The notes: a model not told the origin generated them from the sequence alone. A stretch of 64,000 nt of DNA from Nitrospira sp. (GCA_047150005.1 AP038806.1:3712001-3776000); one strand, 5' to 3'; counted from the first letter of the stretch, positions 24,344 through 35,484 are shown. Made by a program: numbers and translations.

Positions 24344-25825
24344 CTATTTCTCTGGCCTCAGCTGGGGGAACAGCACGACGTCGCGGATGGAGCCCTGATT
24401 CGTGAACAACATGACGAGGCGGTCGATGCCGATGCCTTCGCCGGCCGTAGGCGGCATGCCGTATTCGAGCGCTCGCAAAAAGTCCTCGTCGACCACATGG
24501 GCCTCCTCGTCGCCGGCTTCCCGCTGCGCGGCCTGGCCCTCGAACCGCTCTCGCTGATCCAGCGGGTCGTTCAACTCGGAGAAGGCGTTGGCGATTTCGC
24601 GGCCGGCGATGTAGAGCTCGAACCGGTCGGTCAGCGCGGGATCCGAATCCTTCCGTCGCGCGAGCGGCGAGATTTCGATCGGATAATCCGTCACGAAGGT
24701 GGGTTGCTGCAGATTCGGCTCGACCGTTTCCTCGAAAATCTCGTTCACCACGTTGAAGAGGGGCCATTTGGGATCAACCGGCACGTTCAGTTTCTTCGCC
24801 GCCGCCAGCGCCTTCTCCTTGTCGCGCAGCACGGATTCGTCCAGTCCGTTCACCTCCAGGATGGCGTGATGGTAGGACCAGCGACGCCAGGGTGGGGTCA
24901 GATCGATCGCCGTCCCCTGGTAGTCGATCGTCGTCTTGCCCATGAGCTGAGAGGCCAGCGTGGACACGAGCTCCTCCGTCAGCGCGATCAGGTCGCGGTA
25001 GTCCGCGTAGGCGACGTAAAACTCCAGCATCGTGAACTCGGGATTGTGGATCGTCGAGATGCCTTCGTTCCGGAAATTCCGGTTGATCTCGAACACGCGC
25101 GGGAACCCCCCGACGATCAGCCGCTTCAGGTACAGCTCGGGCGCGATCCGCAGATAAAGATCCACGCCGAGCGCGTTATGATGCGTCACGAAGGGTTTGG
25201 CCGCGGCGCCGCCGGGGATGGGATGCATCATCGGCGTTTCGACTTCGAGAAAACCGCGTTCGATCAGGAAGGAGCGGATGCCGGCGATGATGCGGCTTCT
25301 CGCCGCGAAGATGCCGTGCACGTCCGGGTTGGCGATCAAGTCCACGTATCGCTGACGGTAACGGGTTTCGACGTCCGTCAACCCGTGCCACTTCTCCGGA
25401 AGCGGCCTCAGCGCCTTGCTCAGGAAGGTCAGATCACGAACCTCGACCGTGAATTCGTTGGTCTTGGTGCGGAACAGCGTGCCGGTGACGCCGATCCAGT
25501 CCCCCAGATCGAGCTGTTCGGTCACGGCGTACGCCTGCGGGGAGAGTAAATCTTTCTTGAGATAGACCTGCAACCGGTCCGATCCGTCCTGCAGCACCGC
25601 GAAGGCGGCCTTGCCGAACCGGCGGAGCGCCACCACGCGGCCCGCGAACGTGCAGGCGATCTTCTCCTGTTCCAAGATGTCCTTGGACTTCTCGCCGTGC
25701 AGCGCGATCAGGCGCCCCGCCCGGTCCTTGGCCTCGAACCGGCCGCCGTACGGCGCGACCCCCGCCGCGCGCAGTTGCTCGAGTTTCTTGATCCGCTGCT
25801 GTCGCTGCTCGTTCGGTTCGTCCAT
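24344..25825 (-). CDS. lysS: Lysine--tRNA ligase (class II)
   Basis: YRQRYVDLI, YLRIAPELYLKRL, FRNEG and YGMPPTAGEGIGIDRL motifs. Confidence 0.97.
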   Translation of the reverse strand: MDEPNEQRQQRIKKLEQLRAAGVAPYGGRFEAKDRAGRLIALHGEKSKDILEQEKIACTFAGRVVALRRFGKAAFAVLQDGSDRLQVYLKKDLLSPQAYAVTEQLDLGDWIGVTGTLFRTKTNEFTVEVRDLTFLSKALRPLPEKWHGLTDVETRYRQRYVDLIANPDVHGIFAARSRIIAGIRSFLIERGFLEVETPMMHPIPGGAAAKPFVTHHNALGVDLYLRIAPELYLKRLIVGGFPRVFEINRNFRNEGISTIHNPEFTMLEFYVAYADYRDLIALTEELVSTLASQLMGKTTIDYQGTAIDLTPPWRRWSYHHAILEVNGLDESVLRDKEKALAAAKKLNVPVDPKWPLFNVVNEIFEETVEPNLQQPTFVTDYPIEISPLARRKDSDPALTDRFELYIAGREIANAFSELNDPLDQRERFEGQAAQREAGDEEAHVVDEDFLRALEYGMPPTAGEGIGIDRLVMLFTNQGSIRDVVLFPQLRPEK

Positions 25826-25834
25826 GGCCGTCGT

Positions 25835-26975
25835 CTACTCCTCGTCCGCCGCGACTTTCGCCGGGGCGAGCAGGCTTCCCGTGAGCTTTTTCTTGAGATA
25901 GGCCTCGATGAATCCGTCCACGTCCCCGTCCATCACCGCCGAGACCTGGCCGACCTCGTGGCCGGTCCGGTGGTCCTTCACCATCTGATAGGGCTGGAAC
26001 ACGTAGGAGCGGATCTGGCTGCCCCAGGCGATGTCCTTCTTCTCGCCGACGATCGCATTGAACTCGGCTTCCTTCTTCTTCTGCTCCACCTCGAAGAGGC
26101 GCGCCTTCAGAATTTTCATCGCGCCGTTGCGGTTCTGCAGCTGGGACCGCTCGTTCTGACACTGCACGACGATCCCCGTCGGCAGGTGGGTGATGCGGAT
26201 CGCCGTTTCCACCTTGTTGACGTTCTGGCCGCCGGCGCCGCCGGCCCGGAACGTGTCGATCCTCAGATCCTTGTCCTCGATCACGACGTCGATGTCGTCG
26301 TTCAGCTCGGGATACACGAAGACTGAGGCAAACGAGGTGTGACGCCGCTTGTTCGAATCGAAGGGCGAGATGCGGACCAGCCGATGCACGCCTGCTTCGG
26401 CCTTCATATAGCCGTAGGCATACGGGCCCGTGATCGACACCGTGGCGCTCTTGATGCCGGCCTCGTCGCCCGCCTGCAGATCAAGGGTCTCCACTTTGAA
26501 TTTTTTCCGCTCCGCCCAGCGCACGTACATGCGCAGGAGCATCTGCGCCCAATCCTGCGATTCCGTTCCGCCCGCACCCGGATGGATGGACACGATCGCA
26601 TTGTTCGGATCCAGTTCGCCGGACAGCAGCATCTCCACGCGCAAGGTCGCCAGGCGCGGCTCGAACCGGTCCACTTCACCTGTCAGCTCGGCTTCCAATC
26701 CCGCGTCGCCGCTTTCCTCCGCCAGCTCCAGCAAGGCGCCAATATCCTTGAGCGTCTGCTCGATCTCGCGCCATTCCTGCAGGTCGTGCTCGAGCGTCGC
26801 CTTCTTGCGGCTGACCTTGGCCGCCGCCTGGGCGTTGTTCCAGAAATTCGGCTGTGCGATTTGTTGTTCCAGCTCGTCGAGCTCGGACGTCATGCGGGCG
26901 AAGTCAAAGATGCCCCCGAAGTTCAGACACCTGCTCACCGATCGAACGCACGCGCACACGGATCTCGTCCAACAT
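25835..26975 (-). CDS. prfB: Peptide chain release factor 2 with programmed +1 frameshift
   Basis: ATG at 26975 ([23 protein letters not shown]), then CTT-TGA-C at 26909-26903 with an SD-like GGGGG just upstream. The +1 frame contains SPF and GGQ motifs. Confidence 0.96.
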
Positions 26976-26994
26976 CGCGGGGTCCTTTCCTTTG

Positions 26995-28620
26995 TTACAC
27001 GGGGGTCGCGGCAACCGCATCCGGTTCGGGCCCTTCCGTGCGGAAGAGTCCGAACAGGCACAAGACAGCGCAGATTAACACACAGCCGTAGGCAAACACA
27101 TCCCCATGCCGGCTGTAAAACGTGCGCGGCTGAAGCACTGGGACGGCGGCCTGCAGCACCGTCTCGGTAAAGATCGAGGAGGTCTGTAAGATGCGGCCGA
27201 ACGGATCGATGAACCCGGACACGCCGGTATTGGCGGCGCGCGTGAAGGCCAGATGATTTTCCACGGAGCGGAACACCACCATCGAGAAGTGCTGCATCGG
27301 AGCCGACGATTCGCCGAACCACGCGTCGTTGGTGATCGTCACGAGGAACTCGGCGCCGTTCTGCGCAAATCGCCGGACTAAATCCGGGAAGATGACTTCG
27401 TAGCAAATCAGCACCCCGAACTTGACCGGGCGCCCTCCGCCGCCTTCTCCGCCGGCCGAAGCCTGACGAGGCATGAAGGAAAACACGGTCGGGCCCGGCC
27501 CAGCCTGAAAATCCCCGATGCCCTCCACCAGTTTTTCGAGGAAGAAGAGCAGCGAGGACTTGAGCGGGATATATTCCCCGAACGGCACGAGATGCTGCTT
27601 GTCGTAGCGGCCGAGCAGGTTCCCGCCGGGAGCGATCAGATAGGCGCTGTTGAGCAGATAGGGTCGCCGCTCGTTGTCGAATCGTACCGCCGGACTCCCG
27701 AACAGGAGGGGAGCCGAGGCTCGATTGGCGATCGCCAGCACACGCAATTGATATTCCGGTTCACGCTCGAAGAAAAACGGCGTCGCCGCTTCCGGCCAGA
27801 CGACCAGGTCCGCGCCGGCTCCGAGCGATTCGGTCAGCCGCTCGTAGCGGACGAGAGTTTCGTCGCGATGCGCCGGATCCCACTTGATCGATTGATCCAC
27901 GTTCGGCTGGACCACGCCGACCCGGAGCGACGTTTTCGGCGCCTGAAATCCTTCCCCCACGATCAGCGATGTGCTGTAGGCCCAGGAGAGGCCCACCAGA
28001 ATCGCCGCCGTCGTCACGAGTTCCCAGGGGAGCCGCGCCGGTACGAAGCCCCGAAAGAGCGGCATGAGCCAGGCGATCAGTTCGGCCATCGCCACGTTGG
28101 CCAGCACGAGCAGGAACGAGACGCCGTAGACCCCCAGATGATCCGCGATCTGGATCACGTCCAGTTGGCGGTACTGGGAATAGCCGAGCAGCGACCAGGG
28201 CAGGCCGCTGAACAGATAGGTCCGCGCCAACTCCAACGTCACCCACAAACAAGGGGCGGCGAACAGGCCGTAGCGCGGGACCAGCGATCGGAACCAGACG
28301 TAGCCGGCGCTGTAGAGCGCCACGAAGAGGCCCAGGTAGCCCGTGAGCAAGAGCAGGACGGCGTAAGCGACCAGTAGGGGCACTTTCCCGTACGTATGCA
28401 TGGCCGTCACGACCCAGGCCATGATGCCCGTAAAACCGATGGTGCCGCTGAGCCAGCCCAGACGGAAGGCCCGCCACTTGCTGGGACTGTCGAGCGCGAG
28501 ATGAAGCGGGATCAGCGCCACCCAGGCCAGGAGTCCGATATCGAACTTGGGAAAGCAGAAGGGGAGGAGAAGACCGCTCGCCACCGCGAGCACGATTGAG
28601 CGGACAGGCCACTGATGCAT
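26995..28620 (-). CDS. lnt: Apolipoprotein N-acyltransferase
   Basis: [31 protein letters not shown] and RAANTGVS motifs, plus N-terminal TM helices. Confidence 0.95.
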   Translation of the reverse strand: MHQWPVRSIVLAVASGLLLPFCFPKFDIGLLAWVALIPLHLALDSPSKWRAFRLGWLSGTIGFTGIMAWVVTAMHTYGKVPLLVAYAVLLLLTGYLGLFVALYSAGYVWFRSLVPRYGLFAAPCLWVTLELARTYLFSGLPWSLLGYSQYRQLDVIQIADHLGVYGVSFLLVLANVAMAELIAWLMPLFRGFVPARLPWELVTTAAILVGLSWAYSTSLIVGEGFQAPKTSLRVGVVQPNVDQSIKWDPAHRDETLVRYERLTESLGAGADLVVWPEAATPFFFEREPEYQLRVLAIANRASAPLLFGSPAVRFDNERRPYLLNSAYLIAPGGNLLGRYDKQHLVPFGEYIPLKSSLLFFLEKLVEGIGDFQAGPGPTVFSFMPRQASAGGEGGGGRPVKFGVLICYEVIFPDLVRRFAQNGAEFLVTITNDAWFGESSAPMQHFSMVVFRSVENHLAFTRAANTGVSGFIDPFGRILQTSSIFTETVLQAAVPVLQPRTFYSRHGDVFAYGCVLICAVLCLFGLFRTEGPEPDAVAATPV

Positions 28621-28681
28621 CGCGCTAACTTAGCGGAAGGTAAGGCTTGATGCAACGGCTCCCCAGCCTCAACCTGTCCGG

Positions 28682-29020
28682 CTAGTGGGTCATGAACGAC
28701 AGCGGGGTCCGCTGATCGAACGCGACCTGATCCAGCTCCCACGACGTGGCCGTGTCGTCGTGGTCGAGCTGCACCCCGAAGAACTGATCGCGCACCCACC
28801 GCACCGTGGCCTTCCTGATTAGAAGCGCCGACTGTGTCGGGGGGATGAGCAACACCATCAGTTCCATCCCGACTTCTACGCCGTGCGATCCCTGCAAGCA
28901 GCCGCCGCTACGGGTGAGATTGGCGGTCACTCCGCTCGCGTGAAACGCACCGTCGGAATAGTACACCGCACAGGTGATGGGCACGCGCAGGCTCCTGCGC
29001 TTGTCAGAATGGAACATCAT
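28682..29020 (-). CDS. Stand-alone PilZ domain protein
   Basis: RRSLRVP (RxxxR) and NLTRSGG (D/NxSxxG-like) motifs and VRW. GGAGG RBS before ATG 29020. Confidence 0.82.
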   Translation of the reverse strand: MMFHSDKRRSLRVPITCAVYYSDGAFHASGVTANLTRSGGCLQGSHGVEVGMELMVLLIPPTQSALLIRKATVRWVRDQFFGVQLDHDDTATSWELDQVAFDQRTPLSFMTH

Positions 29021-29457
29021 GGGAGCCTCCTGGAAAACAAGACGGATGACGATCCAATCCTTTTGAATGAGAGCGTGACGGGCGCCTCCGCCCGGGCCCC
29101 GGTCCGGTTCTGCACGAGCATGACGCACGCAATCAGGGCGATGCCGCCGGCATTGACGGCAAGATCATCGGACGACGTGCTGCGGCCCGGTACACAACCC
29201 TGGAATATTTCGGTCCACAGGCCGAACACGAAAGCGGCACTCGACGCAACGAACACGGCATAGGAGATGGGCCAGCCTCGCCGGCGCAGGCCGCGAGTCA
29301 ATAACCAAGCCAAGAATCCGTACCCAGGCGCATGGGTCCATTCGAGAAGAGCCGGGGGCATCTGCGTGATGAGCCGGCCGCTCACACCCACTCCGGGTGC
29401 GATCATCGCGCCGAAACACAACACCACCATGTAACCGAGCGCCGTGCCGAATCCCAC
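29017..29457 (-). CDS. VanZ family membrane protein
   Basis: HAPGYGFL and EIFQGCVPGRSTSSDDLAVNAGG motifs. GTG start at 29457 after GGGAGG. Confidence 0.75.
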   Translation of the reverse strand: MGFGTALGYMVVLCFGAMIAPGVGVSGRLITQMPPALLEWTHAPGYGFLAWLLTRGLRRRGWPISYAVFVASSAAFVFGLWTEIFQGCVPGRSTSSDDLAVNAGGIALIACVMLVQNRTGARAEAPVTLSFKRIGSSSVLFSRRLP

Positions 29458-29818
29458 TCGTATCCTCCCTAACTGATGCTCAGAGGGTGCGCCGAACTCC
29501 TGGCACTCGGAAGCTACACAACATTGGACGACCGAAACTACTAGGCATTGGTAGGGGAGCAATGCGGAATACCTGGTTAAAACCCTAGCGACGTCCGAAT
29601 GTGCAGCCTCTTTGGAGGGGCTCGTTTCGGGTGCGTACGGACAATTGACCGCCGCGACGAACCATCGATTGCCGCATTCATCGAATCGACGAGTGTCGCC
29701 CCGGCCCGAATTGCCACCGCCCAGGGATCTGCCGAGGCCCGGCCGATCCCGGTACCGGCTACAGTGGGTCTCGTCACATAGTCATCTCACGCGTTCATGC
29801 ACGAAGGAGGTGCGAACC

Positions 29819-30136
29819 ATGGCAGGAGGATGGGGAGGGTGGGTATTTGCTTCGGCAATTATTTTGGGTCTCACCGCGACAGGGTGCGCAAAGACGGGAC
29901 CGGAGAAGCACACAACGGTTCCGACCAAGGGCGAGCGAGTCATGCAAGACGCCGTTACCGGTCAGCTCAGCGAGATGGGGTCGAGTCACGTGTCCATCAC
30001 ACAGACGGGCGGGCACATCAGGCATCTGCGCGTGGACAGCCAAACGAAGATGGACCAGATCGCGAAGGGTGACTATGTGAAGGCCTTTGTCACGGACGAT
30101 GGCTACGCCTCCACCATCCAACGGGTCGGCCCGTAG
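29819..30136 (+). CDS. Small lipoprotein (OB-fold-like)
   Basis: AAGGAGGT RBS, ATG at 29819, lipobox ATGC. Confidence 0.7.
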   Translation: MAGGWGGWVFASAIILGLTATGCAKTGPEKHTTVPTKGERVMQDAVTGQLSEMGSSHVSITQTGGHIRHLRVDSQTKMDQIAKGDYVKAFVTDDGYASTIQRVGP

Positions 30137-30318
30137 GTAGGCCGATGGAGACGAACGAGCTGATGTCTCGCACCATTCTATAGACTGCTCCCGTCCGGTC
30201 CTGTCCACCGCACTACGTGATTTTTCTTGAAGAACGGCCTCCTTTCGTCCACGATGAGCCGTGAAACCAGCCGATGTGTACTATGATAGTGCGCATCGAA
30301 CCTTCGAGAGAGATCAGC

Positions 30319-31035
30319 ATGCACATCCTGATATGTCGCCCGATGACCGCTGCCGCGTTGTGCACAGCACCGTGCGCTTGTCTCCTGCTCCTGGCGGCCG
30401 GCTGCGCCTGGAAGAGCACCTACGACGAGGCGGTCGCCGAGAAGGAGGGCGTCAAAGCGGAACTGCAGAGCGTCACGGTCGAACAGAACCGTCTGGCCGA
30501 GCAGGCGAAGGCGATAGAACCACTCACACGACGGGCCAGTCAGCAAGCGGAGCAGGCCAATGCGTCGCTCCGGGACGCGATCGACACAGCAGAGACCGAA
30601 CGCAAGATCGGAGAAGAGCGGCAGGCCAAGCTCGCGCGTCTCATCGACCAGCTGACCGCCCAACAGAACAGCCTGCGCCAGGCGATGCGCCAGGCTAAAG
30701 CGGAACAGCCCAAATTGCAGGCGGCCGTGGACAAGTATCGGGCGCAACTGGATGAAGCCGACCGGCTCAGTGCCGCCGCGGCCTTCCCGCCGCCTCCGCC
30801 GTCCGTTCAGGATCCCATTGCCTCCGCGGCTGCCCCTCCGCTCCCGGCCTCACCACAGGCACCGACCATGACCCAGACATCCCTGTCTTCTTCGGCTCCG
30901 GCCGCATCACGCGACGCGCCTCCCGCACCTGCGACCAGGCCGGTAACCAAACGGGGAGTCGAGCCGGCTGAAGAAGGCTTCTTCGCGGCGATGACAGACT
31001 GGCTGGTCTCGCTCTGGCGATCGGTCTTCTCCTAA
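30319..31035 (+). CDS. Coiled-coil lipoprotein with Pro/Ala-rich tail
   Basis: Lipobox AAGC followed by KSTYD and a coiled coil, similar in layout to the N-terminus of 12605..13258. Start uncertain. Confidence 0.7.
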   Translation: MHILICRPMTAAALCTAPCACLLLLAAGCAWKSTYDEAVAEKEGVKAELQSVTVEQNRLAEQAKAIEPLTRRASQQAEQANASLRDAIDTAETERKIGEERQAKLARLIDQLTAQQNSLRQAMRQAKAEQPKLQAAVDKYRAQLDEADRLSAAAAFPPPPPSVQDPIASAAAPPLPASPQAPTMTQTSLSSSAPAASRDAPPAPATRPVTKRGVEPAEEGFFAAMTDWLVSLWRSVFS

Positions 31036-31174
31036 CAGCCTACAGTGCACGCTCATGGCATCCCCTCCTTGACACAGCTGTGCCGGCGAGGTCGCATTTC
31101 TTCAGCCGCTTCATCTATGATGACTCACTCGACGGACTCCGTGTCCGAATGCTCAACTCCATGACCTGTCACCC

Positions 31175-32512
31175 TTGACCGAACCGGCCATCCCACAGAC
31201 TGCAGAGATCGATGACCGCCCGACACGGAGCCGCCGCCGGCCCGTCCCTCTCTACACCAGGGTCTTGATCGGAGCCCTCTGCGGCACGGCGCTCGGACTG
31301 CTCTTTGGACGAGCCCCGTACCTCGGCCCGGTCGGCAACGAGCACCTGGGTTTGATCGGTCTGGCGGTCATTACCCTGCTGAAGGCGCTCGCCATCCCGC
31401 TCATCTTCTTTGCCATCCTCGACGCCTTCCTTCGGATGAGCCTCCCGCTGCGGCAGGGAACCAGATTGCTCGCCATCTGCCTTGTGAACGTCTCGGTGGC
31501 CATGACGATCGGCCTTGTGATCATGAATGTCTGGAATCCGGGCACGGCCTGGCACGGCCATCTCGACCAACTGCTCGCCGCGGATCCGCGAACCACCGGT
31601 ACTGGATCCGCCTCAGGCGGCGCCCGGGCCGGCGAGGCAATCGAACATCTGGCCTCCTATATTCCGAGCACCATGTTTCGGCCGTTCACGACCAACAACG
31701 TCATCGGGGTGGTCCTGCTTGCGGTGATCGCCGGCGCGGCTCTGCGGCATCTGCGGACGAGGCGACCGCGCCGCATGATCGAGCGGACCGTCGTGATCGT
31801 GGAACGTGTGTACCATTGGCTGGTCCGCATCCTCGGCTGGATCATCGAGATCGTGCCGTTCGCCGTGTTCGGGGTGCTCGCGCAGGTGGTGGGAAAGGCC
31901 GGGGCCGGGGTCTTCTCGCTCTTGTGGATTTTCCTCGTCACCATCCTCGCAGGGCTCGCCATTCATGCGCTCTTCTACTATCCGACCGTCGCCTGGCTCA
32001 TCGGCAAAAAAGCCCCCGGCATCTACATCGGCAAAGGCGCCGACGCGATCATGACGGCCCTGTCCTGCAACAGCAGCCTGGCCACCGTGCCGGTCACACT
32101 CCGCTGTCTGGAGCGCATGCATGTGTCGCCGGAGTCCTCGCGCCTGGCCGCCTGCGTAGGGACCAACCTCAACAACGACGGCATCACGCTCTACGAGGCG
32201 ATGGCCGCGCTCTTTCTGGCGCAGGCGCTGGGCTTCGAGCTGGGCCTCGGCAACCAGCTCCTGATCATCGCCGCCTCGATCGTCGCCGGAGTCGGTGCCG
32301 CCGGCATTCCGGAAGCGGGTCTGGTCGTGCTGCCGCTGGTCCTGTCGGCCGCCGGCCTTCCGGATCAGATCATCACCGCCGCCATCCCGCTGATCATGAC
32401 GGTCGATTGGATCTTGGCCCGAGTCCGGTCCGGGGTGAACGTCATGAGCGATATGCTGGTGGCGATTCTGCTCGACGCGGCGGAGCGGAGGCGGCAATCG
32501 TCCGGCCTCTGA
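31175..32512 (+). CDS. Dicarboxylate/amino acid:cation symporter (DAACS family)
   Basis: ALSCNSSLATVPVT, GTNLNNDG, GAAGIPEAG and DWILARVRSGVNVMSD motifs. Confidence 0.9.
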   Translation: MTEPAIPQTAEIDDRPTRSRRRPVPLYTRVLIGALCGTALGLLFGRAPYLGPVGNEHLGLIGLAVITLLKALAIPLIFFAILDAFLRMSLPLRQGTRLLAICLVNVSVAMTIGLVIMNVWNPGTAWHGHLDQLLAADPRTTGTGSASGGARAGEAIEHLASYIPSTMFRPFTTNNVIGVVLLAVIAGAALRHLRTRRPRRMIERTVVIVERVYHWLVRILGWIIEIVPFAVFGVLAQVVGKAGAGVFSLLWIFLVTILAGLAIHALFYYPTVAWLIGKKAPGIYIGKGADAIMTALSCNSSLATVPVTLRCLERMHVSPESSRLAACVGTNLNNDGITLYEAMAALFLAQALGFELGLGNQLLIIAASIVAGVGAAGIPEAGLVVLPLVLSAAGLPDQIITAAIPLIMTVDWILARVRSGVNVMSDMLVAILLDAAERRRQSSGL

Positions 32513-32716
32513 CGGCTTGAGCCGAGCGCGTCGGTCGGGGTGATTTCCCCTAGAGAAAACAGGTATCCTCAGAGTGGGCGGCGACCGGGGCGGCGTGGTA
32601 GGGTGTATCGATGCCGCCGCCGATGCTTCCATGGAACTGCGGCGCGAGGCGCCGTCACGCAAGAACGTCCAATCGGATACCGGGATCTCACCGGATTTCA
32701 CGCGAGGGGGGTTACA

Positions 32717-33112
32717 ATGAACTACAGATGGGTATTGTGGGGGCTCTGTCTCTCGATCGGCCTTGCCGGTTGCGGAGGCGGTGGTACGGCCGAGATCAAG
32801 GACGACCGGTTGACGGTCGGCAGGGTGCAAAGCGAAATCAAGGTCGGCATGCCGGCTTCCCAGGTCGTCGAGATTCTGGGCTCTCCCAATATCGTCACGA
32901 CCGATGACAAGCGACGGGAAGTATGGATGTACGACAAGGTCTCGACCGACCGAGTCGACACCAGCACCGCTTCGTACGGAACGCTGATCATTCTGGGCAA
33001 GAACTCGCGGGACGCCTCGAGCTCTCAGCGCCAACGTACGCTCACGATCATCATCAAGTACGACGAAGACAAGAAAGTCCGCGATCTTGCCTACAACTAC
33101 ACGCAGTTCTGA
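32717..33112 (+). CDS. BamE/SmpA-like lipoprotein
   Basis: Lipobox LAGC, IKVGMPASQVVEILGSP, EVWMY and LTIIIKYDEDKKV motifs. ATG at 32717. Confidence 0.75.
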   Translation: MNYRWVLWGLCLSIGLAGCGGGGTAEIKDDRLTVGRVQSEIKVGMPASQVVEILGSPNIVTTDDKRREVWMYDKVSTDRVDTSTASYGTLIILGKNSRDASSSQRQRTLTIIIKYDEDKKVRDLAYNYTQF

Positions 33113-33710
33113 TCGCACCGCCGCCCGGTCCGGCCGACTCGCCGGTTGGGCGGCCTGCGTCGCCTGCGCCGCCGGCCTGGCCTTGCTGGCCGGGTGCGTG
33201 CAGGAGACGAAGCCCGACGAGCTCTTCCAGCTGACACCGGAAAGCCTGCGCAACCGGGCGATGTCCATCCGCACGTTCGATACGGCGAACGAGATCGAAT
33301 TGCTGTCGGCCTCGGCGGCCGTCCTTCAGGATCTGGGCTATCAGGTCGAAGAGAGCGTGCACGAGGTCGGGTATTTCCGCGCGGTCAAGGAGCGGAGCGC
33401 CAGGGAGCACGGCCAGGACCTGCAGCGGATCATGTTCTTCTTTCTCTCGCTGGGTGGCGCGGTCGTGCCGGTCGATCTCCATCAGCAGCTGGTCGCGAAT
33501 CTGGTCACCAAGCCGCTCAACGTGGAGGGAACCAAGCAGCAGGTGCGCATCAGCTTCTACCGCATCGTGTGGAAGGGCGACGGCCAGTCCAACCGTCAAT
33601 ACATCCCGCCGGGCGCGCAGTATATGGAGATGATCCGCGATCCGGAAATCTATCAACAGTTCTTCGCCAAATTGTCCAAGGCCGTGTTCCTGGAAGCCCA
33701 CGACATCTAG
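33087..33710 (+). CDS. Lipoprotein of unknown function, paralogue 1
   Basis: Lipobox LAGC; RTFD..LQDLGY and DPEIYQQFFAKLSKAVFL motifs. Start uncertain. Confidence 0.75.
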   Translation: MPTTTRSSDRTAARSGRLAGWAACVACAAGLALLAGCVQETKPDELFQLTPESLRNRAMSIRTFDTANEIELLSASAAVLQDLGYQVEESVHEVGYFRAVKERSAREHGQDLQRIMFFFLSLGGAVVPVDLHQQLVANLVTKPLNVEGTKQQVRISFYRIVWKGDGQSNRQYIPPGAQYMEMIRDPEIYQQFFAKLSKAVFLEAHDI

Positions 33711-33728
33711 CCCGAGGATACGGAATCG

Positions 33729-34229
33729 ATGCGGGACGCTATGCGGAATTTTGTGATCGATCGACGATGGGGCCGGGCATGGGGCCAGGGATGGGTATGG
33801 GGAGTCGTGATCGGCTTCTGGGGCCTGCTCTTCTACGGATGTTCGACGCCGGAACAACCGCAGACCCTGCTCGCTCCGACGGAAGCACAGCTGAAGATCC
33901 GCAACTTTCAGACGCGTGTCTTTGACATGACCGACCGAAATTTTGCGATCCGGTCCGTCATCGGTTCGCTCCAGGACTTGGGCTTCATCATCGAACGGGC
34001 CAACGACGCCCTCGGCCTCGTGACGGCGGCCCGCTTCGCCGAGCCCAACTATTACGACGTCGTGACGATCACCGTGACCGTGCGGCAGCTCAATGCGACG
34101 CAGCTCACGATCCGGGCCAACGCGATCTACAACAACCGGCCGATCGAAGATCCCAAAGTCTATCAGAACTTCTTCTTCACCCTCGAACGGTCGCTGTTCA
34201 TCACCAAGGATAGCCCAACCGCGCCATGA
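33729..34229 (+). CDS. Lipoprotein of unknown function, paralogue 2
   Basis: FYGC; QTRVFD..LQDLGF and DPKVYQNFFFTLERSLF motifs. Confidence 0.75.
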   Translation: MRDAMRNFVIDRRWGRAWGQGWVWGVVIGFWGLLFYGCSTPEQPQTLLAPTEAQLKIRNFQTRVFDMTDRNFAIRSVIGSLQDLGFIIERANDALGLVTAARFAEPNYYDVVTITVTVRQLNATQLTIRANAIYNNRPIEDPKVYQNFFFTLERSLFITKDSPTAP

Positions 34230-34834
34230 CAGGTTCAGCGGGACACCATTCGACCCGGATCGGTCAACCGACCGGATCGATGTGCCGGACCGTCGTTGCG
34301 CTGGCCTGCCTTGCCGGCCTCTCAGGCTGCAACAGCTATGAGCTACGCCAGGAAAATCAATCGAACGCGCAGGACCAGGTCTGGCTGTCGGAAACGAGCC
34401 AGCTCAAGATCCGCGCCGCGCAAACCAGGATCTTCGACACGACGGACCGTTTGAAGCTCCTCCAGGCCATCGTCTCGACCATGCAGGACTTGGATTTCAA
34501 GGTCGAAGTGCTCGATCAGGATCTGGGGATCGTCTCAGGCAAGAAATTCGTCGAAGTGGAGACCGGCTACATGGCCGACCCGGCCTATTACTATCTGTAC
34601 CGGCCCGATACGATGCTGTTCCTCGCCAGAAACTACCGGTCGTGGGGGCCGTTCTATTATCGCAGCAACCTCGTGCGCTTCACCGCCACGATCCGCCCCC
34701 GCGGCGAAACGCAATCCCTCGTCCGCATCAGCGTCCAGTACTACATGCACGCACTGGAAGATCCGAAGCCCTATCAAGAGTTCTTCCGCACGCTCGAACA
34801 GTCGCTCTTCCTGCAGGGTCACCAAGAGTCCTAG
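34226..34834 (+). CDS. Lipoprotein of unknown function, paralogue 3
   Basis: Lipobox LSGC; QTRIFD..MQDLDF and DPKPYQEFFRTLEQSLFL motifs. ATGA overlap with the previous gene. Confidence 0.78.
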   Translation: MTGSAGHHSTRIGQPTGSMCRTVVALACLAGLSGCNSYELRQENQSNAQDQVWLSETSQLKIRAAQTRIFDTTDRLKLLQAIVSTMQDLDFKVEVLDQDLGIVSGKKFVEVETGYMADPAYYYLYRPDTMLFLARNYRSWGPFYYRSNLVRFTATIRPRGETQSLVRISVQYYMHALEDPKPYQEFFRTLEQSLFLQGHQES

Positions 34835-34982
34835 CAAAGGTTTCTCCCAGGTCTCTCAGCAACGGGTCCCTCGAGGTCCCCCATTGAACGACGGCTCCCG
34901 CTCCGCTAAGCTTAATGGAATTACTCGATCGACGCGGCGCCGAACAGCCGATACGACAATTCCGACCATCGCCCACGTCGCG

Positions 34983-35300
34983 ATGCGAGCTGCGATGGAT
35001 GAACTCGAAGAAAAAGCGAGCACGGTCTTCACCGGCAAAACGACGCCGTTGACCGCTGCGCACCATCATATCCGGTGCACCGTGGACGGCTGCCTGCACC
35101 ATGCGACCGTCGCCTGCGAGGTCACCGTCACGAACTCCCATCTAAGGCCGGACGGGGAGACCCACCATATTCCGCTCTGCGACAAGCATGCACAGGCCGG
35201 GGACATGTTGAAGTGGGAGTGGAGACGGGATCCGGACGCGAACGCCGCACGCAAGCTGCGGCTCGATGCCCTGTTCGCGTTGGATACGATTGAGGACTGA
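34983..35300 (+). CDS. Hypothetical Cys/His-containing protein
   Basis: ORF 34884..35300 with CTVDGC..H and LCDKH; start uncertain. Confidence 0.5.
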   Translation: MRAAMDELEEKASTVFTGKTTPLTAAHHHIRCTVDGCLHHATVACEVTVTNSHLRPDGETHHIPLCDKHAQAGDMLKWEWRRDPDANAARKLRLDALFALDTIED

Positions 35301-35334
35301 GCAGGACTCAGCACGACGAGGAAGGAGCACCTTC

Positions 35335-35484
35335 ATGGCCGAGCCGCACAATTCCCCCATTCCAACCGGCAGCAACCCACCGAAAGCTCAGTTCATCTGG
35401 CAATGTCCCTCCTGCTCCCGGCGCTATCTGACCGAACAGGCCCCGGCGCAATGCCCCTATTGTCTGCAGCCGGTCAAGAGTTGA
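35335..35484 (+). CDS. Small rubredoxin/zinc-ribbon protein (49 aa)
   Basis: GGAAGGAG RBS; WQCPSC...APAQCPYC. Confidence 0.65.
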   Translation: MAEPHNSPIPTGSNPPKAQFIWQCPSCSRRYLTEQAPAQCPYCLQPVKS

